64,000 nt of DNA from Sedimentisphaerales bacterium (GTDB taxonomy: Bacteria; Planctomycetota; Phycisphaerae; Sedimentisphaerales; SM23-30), in the NCBI GenBank assembly GCA_963663805.2, contig CAXXMR010000019.1, positions 1 through 64,000 of the forward strand, given 5' to 3'. How positions within the stretch are numbered: the first letter of the stretch is position 1; the number at the start of each line of letters is the position of its first letter. Positions 28,548-38,764 of this stretch are shown in pieces. Under the pieces are notes generated by a model. That model ran no database searches and was not told the origin of the DNA. It saw only the letters and a program-made list of their open reading frames with translations. The position numbers and the translations under genes were made by a program.

Positions 28548-29894
28548 ATGAGTGAATTAGTGTCCGAACCAAAAGTGTTGAATCGTTGGCTGGTGGTAGT
28601 AGGCGCGACGCTTATACAGTTGTGTCTGGGGGTGGTTTATGCCTGGAGCGTTTTCACCAAGAAACTTACTTTGCCTCTGGCAGAAGGGGGTGATTATGGT
28701 TTCAGTGCCGCACAGACCGCGTGGATATTTTCGGCGAGCCTTGCATCCTTTGCCCTGGTGATGCTATTTGCGGGTCGGTGGCAGGCGAAGATAGGTCCGC
28801 GGAAAGTTACGATAATCGGCGGTTTGGTTTTGGGTGCTGCTTATATATTAGGCGGTTTTTTCGGCAGTACGTTTATCGCGCAGTTTATCTTTTTGGGTTT
28901 AGTATGCGGTGCGGGTATCGGCATTACTTATGTTGTACCTATCGCGGTCGGGGTAAAGTGGTTTCCTGACAAAAAAGGTCTTATTACCGGTTTGTCGGTG
29001 GCGGGTTTTGGTTTTGGGGCGACGGCCTGGGTTAAGCTGGCGGGCAGTTGGTTTGGCGGATTGATTAATACGACCAGTATTTTTGGTTTGACCGGTGTGC
29101 AGAGCGTTTTTGTAATTTACGGCGTGGCGTTTCTGGTAATGGTTTTGGCGGGCAGTATAGTGATGATAAATCCTCCGTCGGGTTATCGTCCCAAAGGGTG
29201 GAATCCTCCGGAGGCCGGCAGTGGTCAAGCCGCCAGTGGCGCGGTCAATCTTACGGCTGCTCAGATGTGCAAGACCCCGCAATACTGGGGTTTGCTACTG
29301 ATATTCATTGGTTCGGCAATTGCGGGCCTGATGGTTATTTACTGTATTCGCTTGTTCGGTATCGATAGTTTGCGAGTACATATTGAGGGCATAAGTGTTG
29401 AAGAGGCGGGCATCAGCGCGGGGACAGCGATGGCATGGTACGCGATCTTTAACGGTCTGGGTCGGATTATATGGGGGATGGCCTCGGATAAACTGGGTCG
29501 GAAATTAGCATTGTTTTTGATGTGTCTGATTCAGGGTATTATTATGCTGCTGTTCTTCTCGATGGGTGGGACAAAAATCGGTCTGATTGTAGGTGCCTGT
29601 ATTATTGGGTTTAATTATGGCGGCATATTTGCGTTGTTCCCGGCGGCGACGGCTGACTTTTTTGGGAATAAAAATGTGGGCAGTAACTATCCGTGGGTGT
29701 TTCTGGCTTACGGCGTGGCGGGTATTGTTGGTCCGCAAATTGCCGGGATATTCAAGGACGCAGCCCAGACCAGCGGTTTGGGTGTTGCGGCGTGGAAGAC
29801 ACCATTTGTTATCGCGGGAATCGCTTGCCTGGCAGCGGCGGCACTTAGCTTGCTGCTGAAGGCGCCCAAGCATGAAAATCATGTGGCTGCATAA
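28548..29894 (+). CDS. OFA-family (oxalate/formate antiporter-like) MFS transporter
   Basis: LGVVYAWSVF, KWFPDKKGLITG, NGLGRIIWG, FFGNKNVGSNY; about 12 TM segments. Confidence 0.93.
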   Translation: MSELVSEPKVLNRWLVVVGATLIQLCLGVVYAWSVFTKKLTLPLAEGGDYGFSAAQTAWIFSASLASFALVMLFAGRWQAKIGPRKVTIIGGLVLGAAYILGGFFGSTFIAQFIFLGLVCGAGIGITYVVPIAVGVKWFPDKKGLITGLSVAGFGFGATAWVKLAGSWFGGLINTTSIFGLTGVQSVFVIYGVAFLVMVLAGSIVMINPPSGYRPKGWNPPEAGSGQAASGAVNLTAAQMCKTPQYWGLLLIFIGSAIAGLMVIYCIRLFGIDSLRVHIEGISVEEAGISAGTAMAWYAIFNGLGRIIWGMASDKLGRKLALFLMCLIQGIIMLLFFSMGGTKIGLIVGACIIGFNYGGIFALFPAATADFFGNKNVGSNYPWVFLAYGVAGIVGPQIAGIFKDAAQTSGLGVAAWKTPFVIAGIACLAAAALSLLLKAPKHENHVAA

Positions 29895-29918
29895 CGTTTT
29901 GTTCGATAGTTGATGATG

Positions 29919-29961
29919 GACCCACAGGCGGTGCTGGATCGCGGCCTGTGGGTTCTTTTTT
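29919..29961 (+). terminator. Intrinsic terminator after the MFS gene
   Basis: GACCCACAGGC...GCCTGTGGGTT followed by T6. Confidence 0.8.
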
Positions 29962-30017
29962 GGGCAGGGTTAATAAGAATTTCCTTTTGGGCGGGTTTCT
30001 GATAGGATGTTTTGGTG

Positions 30018-30845
30018 ATGGACCAGGAATCAATTAAACAATTATTGGAAGATGTTGCGGCGGGGCGTAGTGATGTTTTGTCGGCGGTGGAGAAGCTGCG
30101 GCGGCTGCCTTTTGAGTCGGTGGGGTTTGCCAATATTGACCATCATCGGGGGTTGCGGTGCGGGATGCCGGAGGTGATATATGGGCCGGGCAAGACAACG
30201 GAGCAGATTGTGAGTATTTTTGAGAAGCTGGCGGCGGCGGGGGCTAATGTGATGGTTACGCGGACGGATGAGGTCGTTTTTGGGGAGGTCAGGAAAAATT
30301 TTCCCCAGGCGGTATTTGAAGCGGCGGCACGAGCGATTGTTTTGAAGCAAAACGGTGAGGTTTCGTCGTTGTGTCGAATCGCGGTAGTGACAGCGGGAAC
30401 CAGCGATATACCGGTGGCGGAAGAGGCGCGGGTGACGGCTGAACTGCTAAATCAATCAGTGAAAACAATTTATGATGTGGGGGTGGCGGGGCTGCATCGT
30501 CTTTTGGCCCATAGTGAACTGCTTCAGTCGGTGCAGGTGATTGTAGTGGTGGCGGGTATGGAAGGGGCGCTGGCGTCAGTGGTTGGCGGCATGGTGGACG
30601 TACCGGTTATCGCGGTGCCGACTTCGGTGGGGTATGGGGCGAATCTGGGCGGGATCGCTCCACTGCTGACGATGTTAAACTCTTGTGCAGCAGGGGTTTC
30701 GGTGGTGAATATTGATAATGGGTTTGCGGCGGGTGTAATCGCGGCGACGATAAGCAGGCAGATAGAAAAGGCTTCTGAAAAATCAGTGATAAGTTATGAC
30801 ACAGCAAATTCTGGAAATTCCGTTATTGCCCAAGCGAAAATATGA
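30018..30845 (+). CDS. larB: Nickel pincer cofactor biosynthesis protein LarB
   Basis: DHHR, PEVIYGPGKT, AGTSD, DVGVAG, AGMEGAL, VPTSVGYG, VVNIDNGF. Confidence 0.95.
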   Translation: MDQESIKQLLEDVAAGRSDVLSAVEKLRRLPFESVGFANIDHHRGLRCGMPEVIYGPGKTTEQIVSIFEKLAAAGANVMVTRTDEVVFGEVRKNFPQAVFEAAARAIVLKQNGEVSSLCRIAVVTAGTSDIPVAEEARVTAELLNQSVKTIYDVGVAGLHRLLAHSELLQSVQVIVVVAGMEGALASVVGGMVDVPVIAVPTSVGYGANLGGIAPLLTMLNSCAAGVSVVNIDNGFAAGVIAATISRQIEKASEKSVISYDTANSGNSVIAQAKI

Positions 30846-31779
30846 TGCTCATAAGGGTAATTTTGGTCGGGTTTTGATTTTGGGCGGTTGTGGGCAAATG
30901 GTGGGCGCACCATCTCTGTCGGCTCTGTCGGCGTTGCGGGCCGGAGCGGGTCTGGTAAGGGTTGCTGTACCGGCGAAGATTCAGCTAACTGTGGCAGGGG
31001 AGGTACTTTGCGCTACCACTATCGGGCTGGCAGATGATGATAAGGGCTTTATCAGTAGCCAAGCGGCGGGGGCAGTTCTGGATGCTATAGCTGACAACGA
31101 CGTTATTGCGGCGGGGCCGGGAATTGGGGCCGGAGCGGGGGTAGAATATGTTATGGGTAAAATAGCTACCGAATGCGACAAGCCGCGGGTTATTGACGCT
31201 GACGGATTGAATGCGTTGAGTCGCCTAGGCGGTGCGGTTATTTCGCAATTATCTGATAATACGGTACTTGCGCCACATCCGGGTGAAATGAAGCGTTTGT
31301 GGCGGGCGTGCTTCCGGGAAGACATACCGACCGACCGGTCTTTGCAGGCAGAAAAATTGGCTCGGTTCAGCAGCGCGATAGTAGTATTAAAAGGGGCCAA
31401 TACAGTGGTTACCTGTGGTAATAGGACGTATGTAAATGAGACGGGGAATCCGGGGATGGCCACGGGAGGGTCGGGAGATGTTTTGACAGGGATAATCGCG
31501 GCATTTATGGGGCAGGGATATTCGGCGTTGGATGCGGCGATATTGGCGGTCTATTTGCATGGGCGAGTGGGCGATATTGCGGTGAAATGTTTGAGCCAGA
31601 CGGGTTTGACGGCGCTGGATTTGATAGATTATATGCCTGAAGGCCTTTTGGAACTTGAGGGGAAGGAACAACGGCTGATGTTTTCGTGGACACGCGAAGA
31701 ACCTCATGAAAAGAATCTTAAGCGTCGGAAGAATGACAAGGGGTTGAAGAGATTTTTTGGGCGAAAGAAAACGAAATAA
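30796..31779 (+). CDS. nnrD: ADP-dependent NAD(P)H-hydrate dehydratase (stand-alone)
   Basis: HKGNFG, IDADGLN, PHPGEM, LKG, GGSGDVLTG. Confidence 0.93.
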   Translation: MTQQILEIPLLPKRKYDAHKGNFGRVLILGGCGQMVGAPSLSALSALRAGAGLVRVAVPAKIQLTVAGEVLCATTIGLADDDKGFISSQAAGAVLDAIADNDVIAAGPGIGAGAGVEYVMGKIATECDKPRVIDADGLNALSRLGGAVISQLSDNTVLAPHPGEMKRLWRACFREDIPTDRSLQAEKLARFSSAIVVLKGANTVVTCGNRTYVNETGNPGMATGGSGDVLTGIIAAFMGQGYSALDAAILAVYLHGRVGDIAVKCLSQTGLTALDLIDYMPEGLLELEGKEQRLMFSWTREEPHEKNLKRRKNDKGLKRFFGRKKTK

Positions 31780-31795
31780 TTTGTTTGGGCAGCGC

Positions 31796-32452
31796 TTACT
31801 TGCGTGTTAGTTCTTTTATTTTTATGTTTCGGAATTTGACTTCGGCGCCGTGGCCGAGGAATCCGAGGTGTCCTTTTGTTTGTTTGAGGCCGGGGTGGTC
31901 TTTGCCGTCGGGGGTTCCATTTTCGACGGCTTTGGTGATGTCAGTTTCGAGTATGGTTTTTCCGTTCAGGATGACTTTGATATTATTGCCTTGGGCGATT
32001 ACTTCTTCTTTGTTCCACTGACCGAGCGGTTTCAGGAAGCCGCGTTGGGCGGGGGCGATGCCGTAAATTGAGCCGTGATACTGATATGGTTTGAGGTCGG
32101 CATATTTGGGGGCGGTGTTATCAAGGATTTGTATTTCCATACCGAGGTAAGCGGCGTTGCCCTGGAGTGGGGCTCTTATGGCTAGGCCGTTGTTGCCGGC
32201 GGGGGGGAGTTTGAATTCGAATTTCAGATGGAAATCGGCGAATTCTTTTTCGGTGAAAAGATTACTGCCCTTACAGATAAGAACGCCGTTTTCGACATGG
32301 TAATTATCTGTATCGCCGGTCCAGCCGTTGAGATTTTGGCCGTTGAAAAGCGTTGTCCATACTTCCCCCTCATGTTTCCAATCGGAAGAACAACAACCGG
32401 CAAGCAAAGTAACGAAAGCAATTACCAATAAAATATTAAATAGTGTTTTCAT
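31796..32452 (-). CDS. DUF1080 (3-keto-disaccharide hydrolase-like) lipoprotein
   Basis: Lipobox LLAGC; LFNGQNLNGW, EIQILD, GSIYG, GQWN, FRNIKIKEL. Confidence 0.92.
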   Translation of the reverse strand: MKTLFNILLVIAFVTLLAGCCSSDWKHEGEVWTTLFNGQNLNGWTGDTDNYHVENGVLICKGSNLFTEKEFADFHLKFEFKLPPAGNNGLAIRAPLQGNAAYLGMEIQILDNTAPKYADLKPYQYHGSIYGIAPAQRGFLKPLGQWNKEEVIAQGNNIKVILNGKTILETDITKAVENGTPDGKDHPGLKQTKGHLGFLGHGAEVKFRNIKIKELTRK

Positions 32453-32459
32453 ATTATTT

Positions 32460-33683
32460 TTAACTTTCCTGGGATTGGTCTTGTTGTTTGTCATCTTTGA
32501 AAAGTAGAGTGAACATAATCAGAATAATAATTGCCATGGCGGCGGGAACCAGCCAGATGTTTTTCCAGAGGTGTCCGGTGATTTCTCCGGCTTGGCTCAG
32601 GGTCTGGTATTTCTGTACGACCAGGCCTGAAGCCCAGGCACCGATTACCATGCCGACACCGTAAGTTACCAGAGCGATGAAACCCTGAGCGCTGGCCTGG
32701 ATTTGTTTGGGTGCTTTTTTATCGACGTAGATTTGGCCGGTGACGAAGAAGAAATCGTAACAGATACCATGCAGCAGAATACCGCCATAATACATAAAGA
32801 CCAGATTGGTCGGATTGCCGAAAGCGAAAAGGACATAGCGCAGGGCCCAGGCAGCCATACCGATAAAGAGCATTTTCTTAACACCCAAACGTACAAAGAA
32901 GAAGGGGATAACGAGCATAAACACGATTTCGGACATTTGGCCCATGGTCATTTTGGCGGCGGCGTTCTGGACCCCGACTTCGTTGAGGAACAGGTTTGTG
33001 AAATTATAGTAGAAGGCCAGCGGGATGCAAATCAGCAGGGAGCTGCCGACGAATATGGCGAAGGAGCGGTTTTTCAATAGTTGCAATGTTTTCAGGCCGA
33101 GTACATCGCTGACGGTTACGCGATGGCCCAGCGATTTGGGCGGGGTTTTGGGCAGGAAGAATGAATAGATGCCCAGAGCAATGGAAGTAGCGGCGGCGAT
33201 TTTCATGGGGAGGGCGGAGTCTTCGATCTTCAGGAACCCCACAGTTAATCCCGCGACAATCCAGCCGATGGTGCCGAGTACGCGAATTATAGGAAATTCT
33301 TTTTCGGGGTCTTCCATCTGGTTAAAGGAAATGGCATTGACCAGGGCGAGAGTAGGGTTATAGCAGAGAGCGTAGGCGAAGAGGGTCCAGAAAATAAGGG
33401 ACGCATCCTGCAATCTGGTGGCATAAAAGAGGATGCCGCCGCCGATAAGATGGAGAGCGCCGAGAACTTTCTGGGCGGAAAAGAAACGGTCGGCAATCAT
33501 ACCGACAAATAAAGGAGCGATGATAGCTCCCCAGGGCATGGTACTGTAGGCTTTGCTGATGTCGGTGGCTCCGAATCCCAGGCCTATCCCTAAATAGGTT
33601 GAGAGGGTGACGAACCAGGCGCCCCAGATAAAAAACTGGAGGAACATCATAATCGACAATTGCGTCTGGATGGTTTTTTTCAT
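32460..33683 (-). CDS. Nucleoside:H+ symporter-family MFS permease (NupG/YegT-like)
   Basis: MMFLQFFIWGAW, IADRFF, RVLGTIGW, GQMSE, HGICYDFFFVTGQIY. Confidence 0.93.
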   Translation of the reverse strand: MKKTIQTQLSIMMFLQFFIWGAWFVTLSTYLGIGLGFGATDISKAYSTMPWGAIIAPLFVGMIADRFFSAQKVLGALHLIGGGILFYATRLQDASLIFWTLFAYALCYNPTLALVNAISFNQMEDPEKEFPIIRVLGTIGWIVAGLTVGFLKIEDSALPMKIAAATSIALGIYSFFLPKTPPKSLGHRVTVSDVLGLKTLQLLKNRSFAIFVGSSLLICIPLAFYYNFTNLFLNEVGVQNAAAKMTMGQMSEIVFMLVIPFFFVRLGVKKMLFIGMAAWALRYVLFAFGNPTNLVFMYYGGILLHGICYDFFFVTGQIYVDKKAPKQIQASAQGFIALVTYGVGMVIGAWASGLVVQKYQTLSQAGEITGHLWKNIWLVPAAMAIIILIMFTLLFKDDKQQDQSQES

Positions 33684-33771
33684 TTTTATCTCCTTGGAAT
33701 TACCTTAACTATTCACAAATAATTCTTTTGCCCCTTCGGGGTCTTTAAATTGTGGACGCTTATTTACTTTT

Positions 33772-34590
33772 TTAGCCTTCGAAGGCAATCAGATTGTCGA
33801 AGGCGGCTTTTACGTCGTGGCCGGGTCCGGCCATTTCACATTCGACGGCGAGGGCACCGTTGTAATTAATTTCTTTGAGTTTTCGCAAAAAATTATGGCC
33901 GCCGACCTGTCCTCTGGTCCAGGGTACTTCGGTTCCCCACTGGCCGGGAGTTGAGGCGGGCAGGGCGTCTTTGATGTGGACATGTTTGACCCAGGGGGCA
34001 AGTTTTTCGAGGGACAGGCAGGGGTCGCCTTTGCCGTAAAGAATCATATTGGCGGGGTCAAAGTTGATTTGGACGGCGGGATGATTGAGGTCTTGTAAAA
34101 ACTGTGCTAAATTTTCGGCTGATTCCTGGCCGGTTTCCATTAAGAGAATGATTTGATTATTTTGGGCGTAGTCGGCGAACGCTTTTACCCGGTCGAGCAG
34201 TTTCTGATAGTCGGCGGTGTTTGCGTGGTCAATAAAGCCGATATGAGTAGAAAGGTATGGGGCGTTGAGCTTTTGGGCAGCCTCTACAGCTTTGGTGAAC
34301 AACTGGTAATTTTGCGGCCAGTTTTCATCGGGAACGATACCGCCGGTCTGACGAATGGTTTCGAGGGTGGAATAGTCCTCCTGAGCGAAACCTATCATGG
34401 CGGAACTGATGGACCAGTTTTGTTGGCGAACTGTCTGGAGGTAATCTGAGGATTCATCAAGGCAGGCGGGCGTGAGGTCGAGATGTATATGCTGAAAATC
34501 GTAAGTTTTCATTACGGTATTTATTTTCGCGAAATCGTTATGCAGGGACCAACTGCAAATGCCTATAGGCCAGTTGAAACATTTATTCAT
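33772..34590 (-). CDS. Sugar phosphate isomerase/epimerase (xylose isomerase-like TIM barrel)
   Basis: METGQE, NFDPAN, HIKD, GQV, VECE metal-ligand motifs. Confidence 0.9.
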   Translation of the reverse strand: MNKCFNWPIGICSWSLHNDFAKINTVMKTYDFQHIHLDLTPACLDESSDYLQTVRQQNWSISSAMIGFAQEDYSTLETIRQTGGIVPDENWPQNYQLFTKAVEAAQKLNAPYLSTHIGFIDHANTADYQKLLDRVKAFADYAQNNQIILLMETGQESAENLAQFLQDLNHPAVQINFDPANMILYGKGDPCLSLEKLAPWVKHVHIKDALPASTPGQWGTEVPWTRGQVGGHNFLRKLKEINYNGALAVECEMAGPGHDVKAAFDNLIAFEG

Positions 34591-35617
34591 AGCTGCTCTC
34601 CAAGCTCAGCAATTTTACAATTTTATTTTTGGTTGCGGATTCTTTTTCGGTTTCGGCGATTTTCAGTGATTCGAGCGACTGGTGCATGGTGATTATTTTT
34701 TCGGAGGTTTCGCCTCGGAGATGTTTGCAGAAATATTCGATTTCGGCATTATAGCCGTCAGGGGCGGGCAGTTCGGGGCAGAACGATTCGCCGTGGCCGG
34801 GATGTATCTGACAGGTGGGAGTTCTGGTACTGTCGTAGATGATGGTGGCTTGTTCGAGGAGTATTTCGAATGACATTTTGAAGTTGAATGTTTTGGAGGC
34901 CAGCCAGCTGCCCTGAGCGGTTACGAGCATATCGTTATCGTAAATATAATCGGTTATGATGTGTTCGGCAGCTTCGGCGGCGGGTGTAGCGCGGCTGTAG
35001 ACGAATGAAGGTATGCCGAAGATATGCTGAATATAGTCAGTGTCGTGGATGTGTAAATCGAGGATGACACCGCCGCTGCGTTGGGAATCGGCCAGCCAGT
35101 TGTCGCTGCTCCAGGTTGGTTTGGTGGAAATTCGCTGGAAGTTGGCGACTCGGACTTTGCCGTATTTTCCGGAGTTGATAATTTGGCGGGCGTGGGCGTA
35201 TTCGGGCCAGAAGCGGATGCAATGGGCAATCATCAGATATTTGCCGGTCTGCTCGGCAGTGTTTATCATTCGTTGGCATTGCTGGATGTTAAGGGCCATG
35301 GGTTTTTCGCAGAGGACGTTGAGGCCGGCTTGAAGGGCCTTGCAGGTGAGTTCGGCGTGGAGATGGGTGGGCAGGGTGATAGAAACGGCGTCGAGATTTT
35401 CTTCGGCGAGCATTTTATCGAAATCGGTATAAATGTTCAAATCGGCGGTGTCGATGTTTTCGGGCAGACCGGGAATGTTACCGATGGTTTCGTTGAGAGA
35501 ACCGGCAATGTTGGGGTTGGCATCGCAAATGGCGGTGACTCGGACATCAGGCATTCGCAGCCAGCGGGCATAGTGCATCTGCCCCATGAAACCAAATCCT
35601 ACAATTCCTATTCGCAT
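34583..35617 (-). CDS. Gfo/Idh/MocA family NAD-dependent oxidoreductase
   Basis: GIVGFGFMG, CEKPMA, RFWPEY, GGVILDLHIHD. Confidence 0.94.
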   Translation of the reverse strand: MRIGIVGFGFMGQMHYARWLRMPDVRVTAICDANPNIAGSLNETIGNIPGLPENIDTADLNIYTDFDKMLAEENLDAVSITLPTHLHAELTCKALQAGLNVLCEKPMALNIQQCQRMINTAEQTGKYLMIAHCIRFWPEYAHARQIINSGKYGKVRVANFQRISTKPTWSSDNWLADSQRSGGVILDLHIHDTDYIQHIFGIPSFVYSRATPAAEAAEHIITDYIYDNDMLVTAQGSWLASKTFNFKMSFEILLEQATIIYDSTRTPTCQIHPGHGESFCPELPAPDGYNAEIEYFCKHLRGETSEKIITMHQSLESLKIAETEKESATKNKIVKLLSLESSYE

Positions 35618-35669
35618 CGCAAATTCTCCTATGATAATCGCAAGACTCGCCGGAGCTTATACATTTAAG

Positions 35670-35698
35670 ATGGTAATCGGTGCCGGAGATGTTGTCAA
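35670..35698 (-). promoter_or_regulatory. sigma70-type promoter of the Gfo operon
   Basis: TTGACA-N17-TACCAT on the minus strand. Confidence 0.65.
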
Positions 35699-35714
35699 GG
35701 ATTATAGAGACGGG

Positions 35715-38700
35715 TTACATTCTGGTCTGGTCGGCGGAATTGGAGGATGGTTTGGGGGCATTGGTGCCGGTGCTGCCCATGCGTGGTGAACATTGCAGGG
35801 CACCGGCGGAGTAGAGGTCGAGCCCTCCGTCGCGGAGATAGGCAGCCAGGGAAATACATTTATGGGCCTGTTCCCTTTGATAGCTGGAGAGCTGGAGATT
35901 GTTGTCTAGTTTTTGCTGATTTTTTTGGCAGACGGGGCAGGTGATGGTGCCGGTTCCCTGGCAATGTGAGCAGGTTTGGGTGCCGAGTCCGCGGCAATCG
36001 GGGCAGGTGGTGAATTCGCTGGAGCCGTTGACGCGGATTTTTCCCTGTCCGCGGCAAGTGCGGCATTTTTGTTGGCCGGTGGCGTAGCATCCTTTGCAGT
36101 CGGCCAGCGAAGTGTTGCCGCACTGAGGGCAATATTCCTCATGGAGATTATTTTGACATTGTTCGCTGATACTGCCGATAGACCGTCCCATGTATTTTTG
36201 GGTCAGGTCACGAACATAGGCTGATTGTGAGGCGGTTTGTAGATGTTCTGCGGCGACATTAAACTGCTGGTTGAGCCAGGCGTTCAGGCCCTGGGCGAGG
36301 GCGTTGAGGCTTTGTCGGCGGACAGCGGTTTGCTGAGAGCGGAGTTTTTTTAGTTGGCTGGCTGCATCGGCATCGAGGGGATTGGCGAGCAGAATTTGGG
36401 AAAGCTCAGTTATTTTGTTTGTGGTTTCGGAGGCTGTCTGATAGTCGGCGAAAATCAGATTGGGTTTAAGAGCGGCACGGGGCGCCTGGGGTGCCGGGGT
36501 AAATGATTTTTCATAAGGCTGAAGACGGGGCGGGGCTTTTATGCGGCGTGGACCGGTTTCGAGGGTATTATACAAAATCAAATCCCAAAGAGCCAGGTTA
36601 GCGAAGGCGGTTTCGCGAAGTTCATGCACGACATCGGAGGAATTTTTGGCCGCGTAGTCACGGGCATCCTTGATGGTCATCAGGGTATTGGTGAGAATAT
36701 TTTGGGTGTCGGTCATTTCCACGAGGAGAGCGAGCAGGTCGGCGGCTTTGTCTAGAGTGACGGTCATTTTTTGCAATTCTGTATCGCAGGCTAAGGTACG
36801 GGCCTGGCTGCGGATGAGGATTACATCGGCGCGAACGGTATATTCCGGCCCCTGGTTATGGGTTCGCAATATTCGGTCGAGCCGTCGGGTGTATTGTTCC
36901 AGATTTTCGATAGCGTGGGCTGTTTCGTCAAGGGATGCGATTAGGGCAGGTGAAATTTGGGCAGGTTCGGGCAATTTGTCATTGTCGGTTTTGTCCCACC
37001 GCCAGGCATTTAGCTGTTGGGTGGTCTGGTCGGCATAATAACTCAGCACGGCCATTAGTTTGGTTATGTTGGTATCGCCGCGCCACTGCCAGGCGGGATT
37101 TTGCGAAGAGGAATTCTGCCAGTTCTGAGTTACGGTGAATTGCCGGGCACGCCACCACGCGGCGGATTCCTGGCGAGCGCTGCGGTCGTGTTTCAGGGGG
37201 AGCAGGGCCGGGGTGTTGCTGTATATTTCGAATCCTGATTTTCGGGCCAGAAGAAAATTAATCTGACGGGCAAGATTCAGGCTGCGCGCGTTTTCCATGG
37301 TGTCTATGAGGCCGGGAACGATTTGGCTGTTGTTCATGTCGGCAAGGGCCCGCAGGATTCGGCAGGCGGTTGCCAGCGGCAAGGTTGAACGCCGACTTAA
37401 ACTTTCGAGCAAGATTTGGACGGCGGGTTCGGAGTTCGCCAGACGTAATTGTTCGATAGCATGATAACGCTCGCCGGTTTCGCGCGCGAGAAGCTGTTTT
37501 TTTAGTTCTTCGAGTTGTTCCGGCGACAAAAGCGAATCGAGTGGGGTGTTTACGGGTGAAGGATTCAGGCTGACGGCGGCGGTGATGGTTTCAATTCGTG
37601 CGCCGGGGGCAATTCGGCTGATTAGTTGGTCGCTGGCGAAATTGCCATAGCGATGGTCAACAAAAAGCGCGGCCCGGTCGGCGGCAGTAAGGGTTAGCAA
37701 TGCTATATCGCAAAACATATCCTGGGCTTGCCGGGATTTGGAAAATGATTTTCGCAGAGCGGTGGTGTTTTCGGCGAGCAGTTCGGTAAGGTTTATGGAT
37801 TCTTCCGGCAGTGACGGTTCGGGGATTGACTGGATTTCGGGGGCAGGGATTGGATTGGTCGCAAGTGGTGCGGTTTCTTTTGGGGAGAGCTGGGGTCGAG
37901 TCTGAAGTTCTGGTTCGGGTTGACTTTGGTTAATTTTGATTTTTGGTTTAGGCAGCGTTACTGGTTGATTGGATTGAGGGGGATTGTAAGCTATGATGAA
38001 TATTACAATGATAATCGCGACGAGGGCTGATATTGTGGCGATGATTTTATTTCTGGATTGGGTGCCGATTGCCGCGGGAGCGGGATGGTCTATGGCAGGC
38101 TGTTCCGGTTGGGGTTTCTGTTTGTCCAGGGCGCTGTCCAGGACGTTTTGGGCTTCGGTTTCGGGGATACGCAGGTGGCGGGCCATGGCCATGAGGCGTT
38201 GGCGGTCGGCATCTTTAAGTTGTCCCTGGGCCAGTGCCAACTCCAGGGCACGGGCAAAGAAAAGCTGCTCTCGGCTAGTGGGCTGAGTGTTTTCGTGGGC
38301 GGGGACGGGGATGCGTTCGAACAATGCTTTTATGTCTGAATCAGTAAGGCCTGCCTCACGTAATTTTTCGGCCAACTGGGGACGCCCAGCCATATCTAAT
38401 GTACTGTCGGGATTAAGGGCAGCGGAAACGATTTGGCGAGCATTAGAAGCAATTTTTTTTCGTTCGAGTTCCTGGCGGGACTCAGCGAGCTGCTGATTAT
38501 AAAGGGCACGCCGGATAGGGTCGGCCAAGGTTTCGGCGGCGGGGTTGAGCTGCTGCTGTTCGAAATTGGTAATCAGCGATATAAACTGGGGAGCGGGGAT
38601 ATTCTGACGCAGCTTATTACGTTGGTTCGCAAAGGCTCTGGCAACGTTTTCGGGGGTACACTGGTCCGGCTTGAGGTCGAGCAGGTCATAATATGACGGC

Positions 38701-38756
38701 TCGGTGATATAGGCCGGTATTTCCAACAGTCGATATATTATGGTCCATTCCAGCAT
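35715..38756 (-). CDS. 1013-aa membrane protein: J-like N-terminus (no HPD), TM, Pro-rich linker, HEAT-like repeats, C-terminal DnaJ-type CxxCxGxG zinc finger
   Basis: SYYDLLDL...TLADPIRRALYNQQL; TM IIATISALVAIIIVIFIIAY; CKGCYATG, CRTCRGQG, CPDCRGLG, CSHCQGTG. Confidence 0.75.
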   Translation of the reverse strand: MLEWTIIYRLLEIPAYITEPSYYDLLDLKPDQCTPENVARAFANQRNKLRQNIPAPQFISLITNFEQQQLNPAAETLADPIRRALYNQQLAESRQELERKKIASNARQIVSAALNPDSTLDMAGRPQLAEKLREAGLTDSDIKALFERIPVPAHENTQPTSREQLFFARALELALAQGQLKDADRQRLMAMARHLRIPETEAQNVLDSALDKQKPQPEQPAIDHPAPAAIGTQSRNKIIATISALVAIIIVIFIIAYNPPQSNQPVTLPKPKIKINQSQPEPELQTRPQLSPKETAPLATNPIPAPEIQSIPEPSLPEESINLTELLAENTTALRKSFSKSRQAQDMFCDIALLTLTAADRAALFVDHRYGNFASDQLISRIAPGARIETITAAVSLNPSPVNTPLDSLLSPEQLEELKKQLLARETGERYHAIEQLRLANSEPAVQILLESLSRRSTLPLATACRILRALADMNNSQIVPGLIDTMENARSLNLARQINFLLARKSGFEIYSNTPALLPLKHDRSARQESAAWWRARQFTVTQNWQNSSSQNPAWQWRGDTNITKLMAVLSYYADQTTQQLNAWRWDKTDNDKLPEPAQISPALIASLDETAHAIENLEQYTRRLDRILRTHNQGPEYTVRADVILIRSQARTLACDTELQKMTVTLDKAADLLALLVEMTDTQNILTNTLMTIKDARDYAAKNSSDVVHELRETAFANLALWDLILYNTLETGPRRIKAPPRLQPYEKSFTPAPQAPRAALKPNLIFADYQTASETTNKITELSQILLANPLDADAASQLKKLRSQQTAVRRQSLNALAQGLNAWLNQQFNVAAEHLQTASQSAYVRDLTQKYMGRSIGSISEQCQNNLHEEYCPQCGNTSLADCKGCYATGQQKCRTCRGQGKIRVNGSSEFTTCPDCRGLGTQTCSHCQGTGTITCPVCQKNQQKLDNNLQLSSYQREQAHKCISLAAYLRDGGLDLYSAGALQCSPRMGSTGTNAPKPSSNSADQTRM

Positions 38757-38764
38757 AATCCAGC

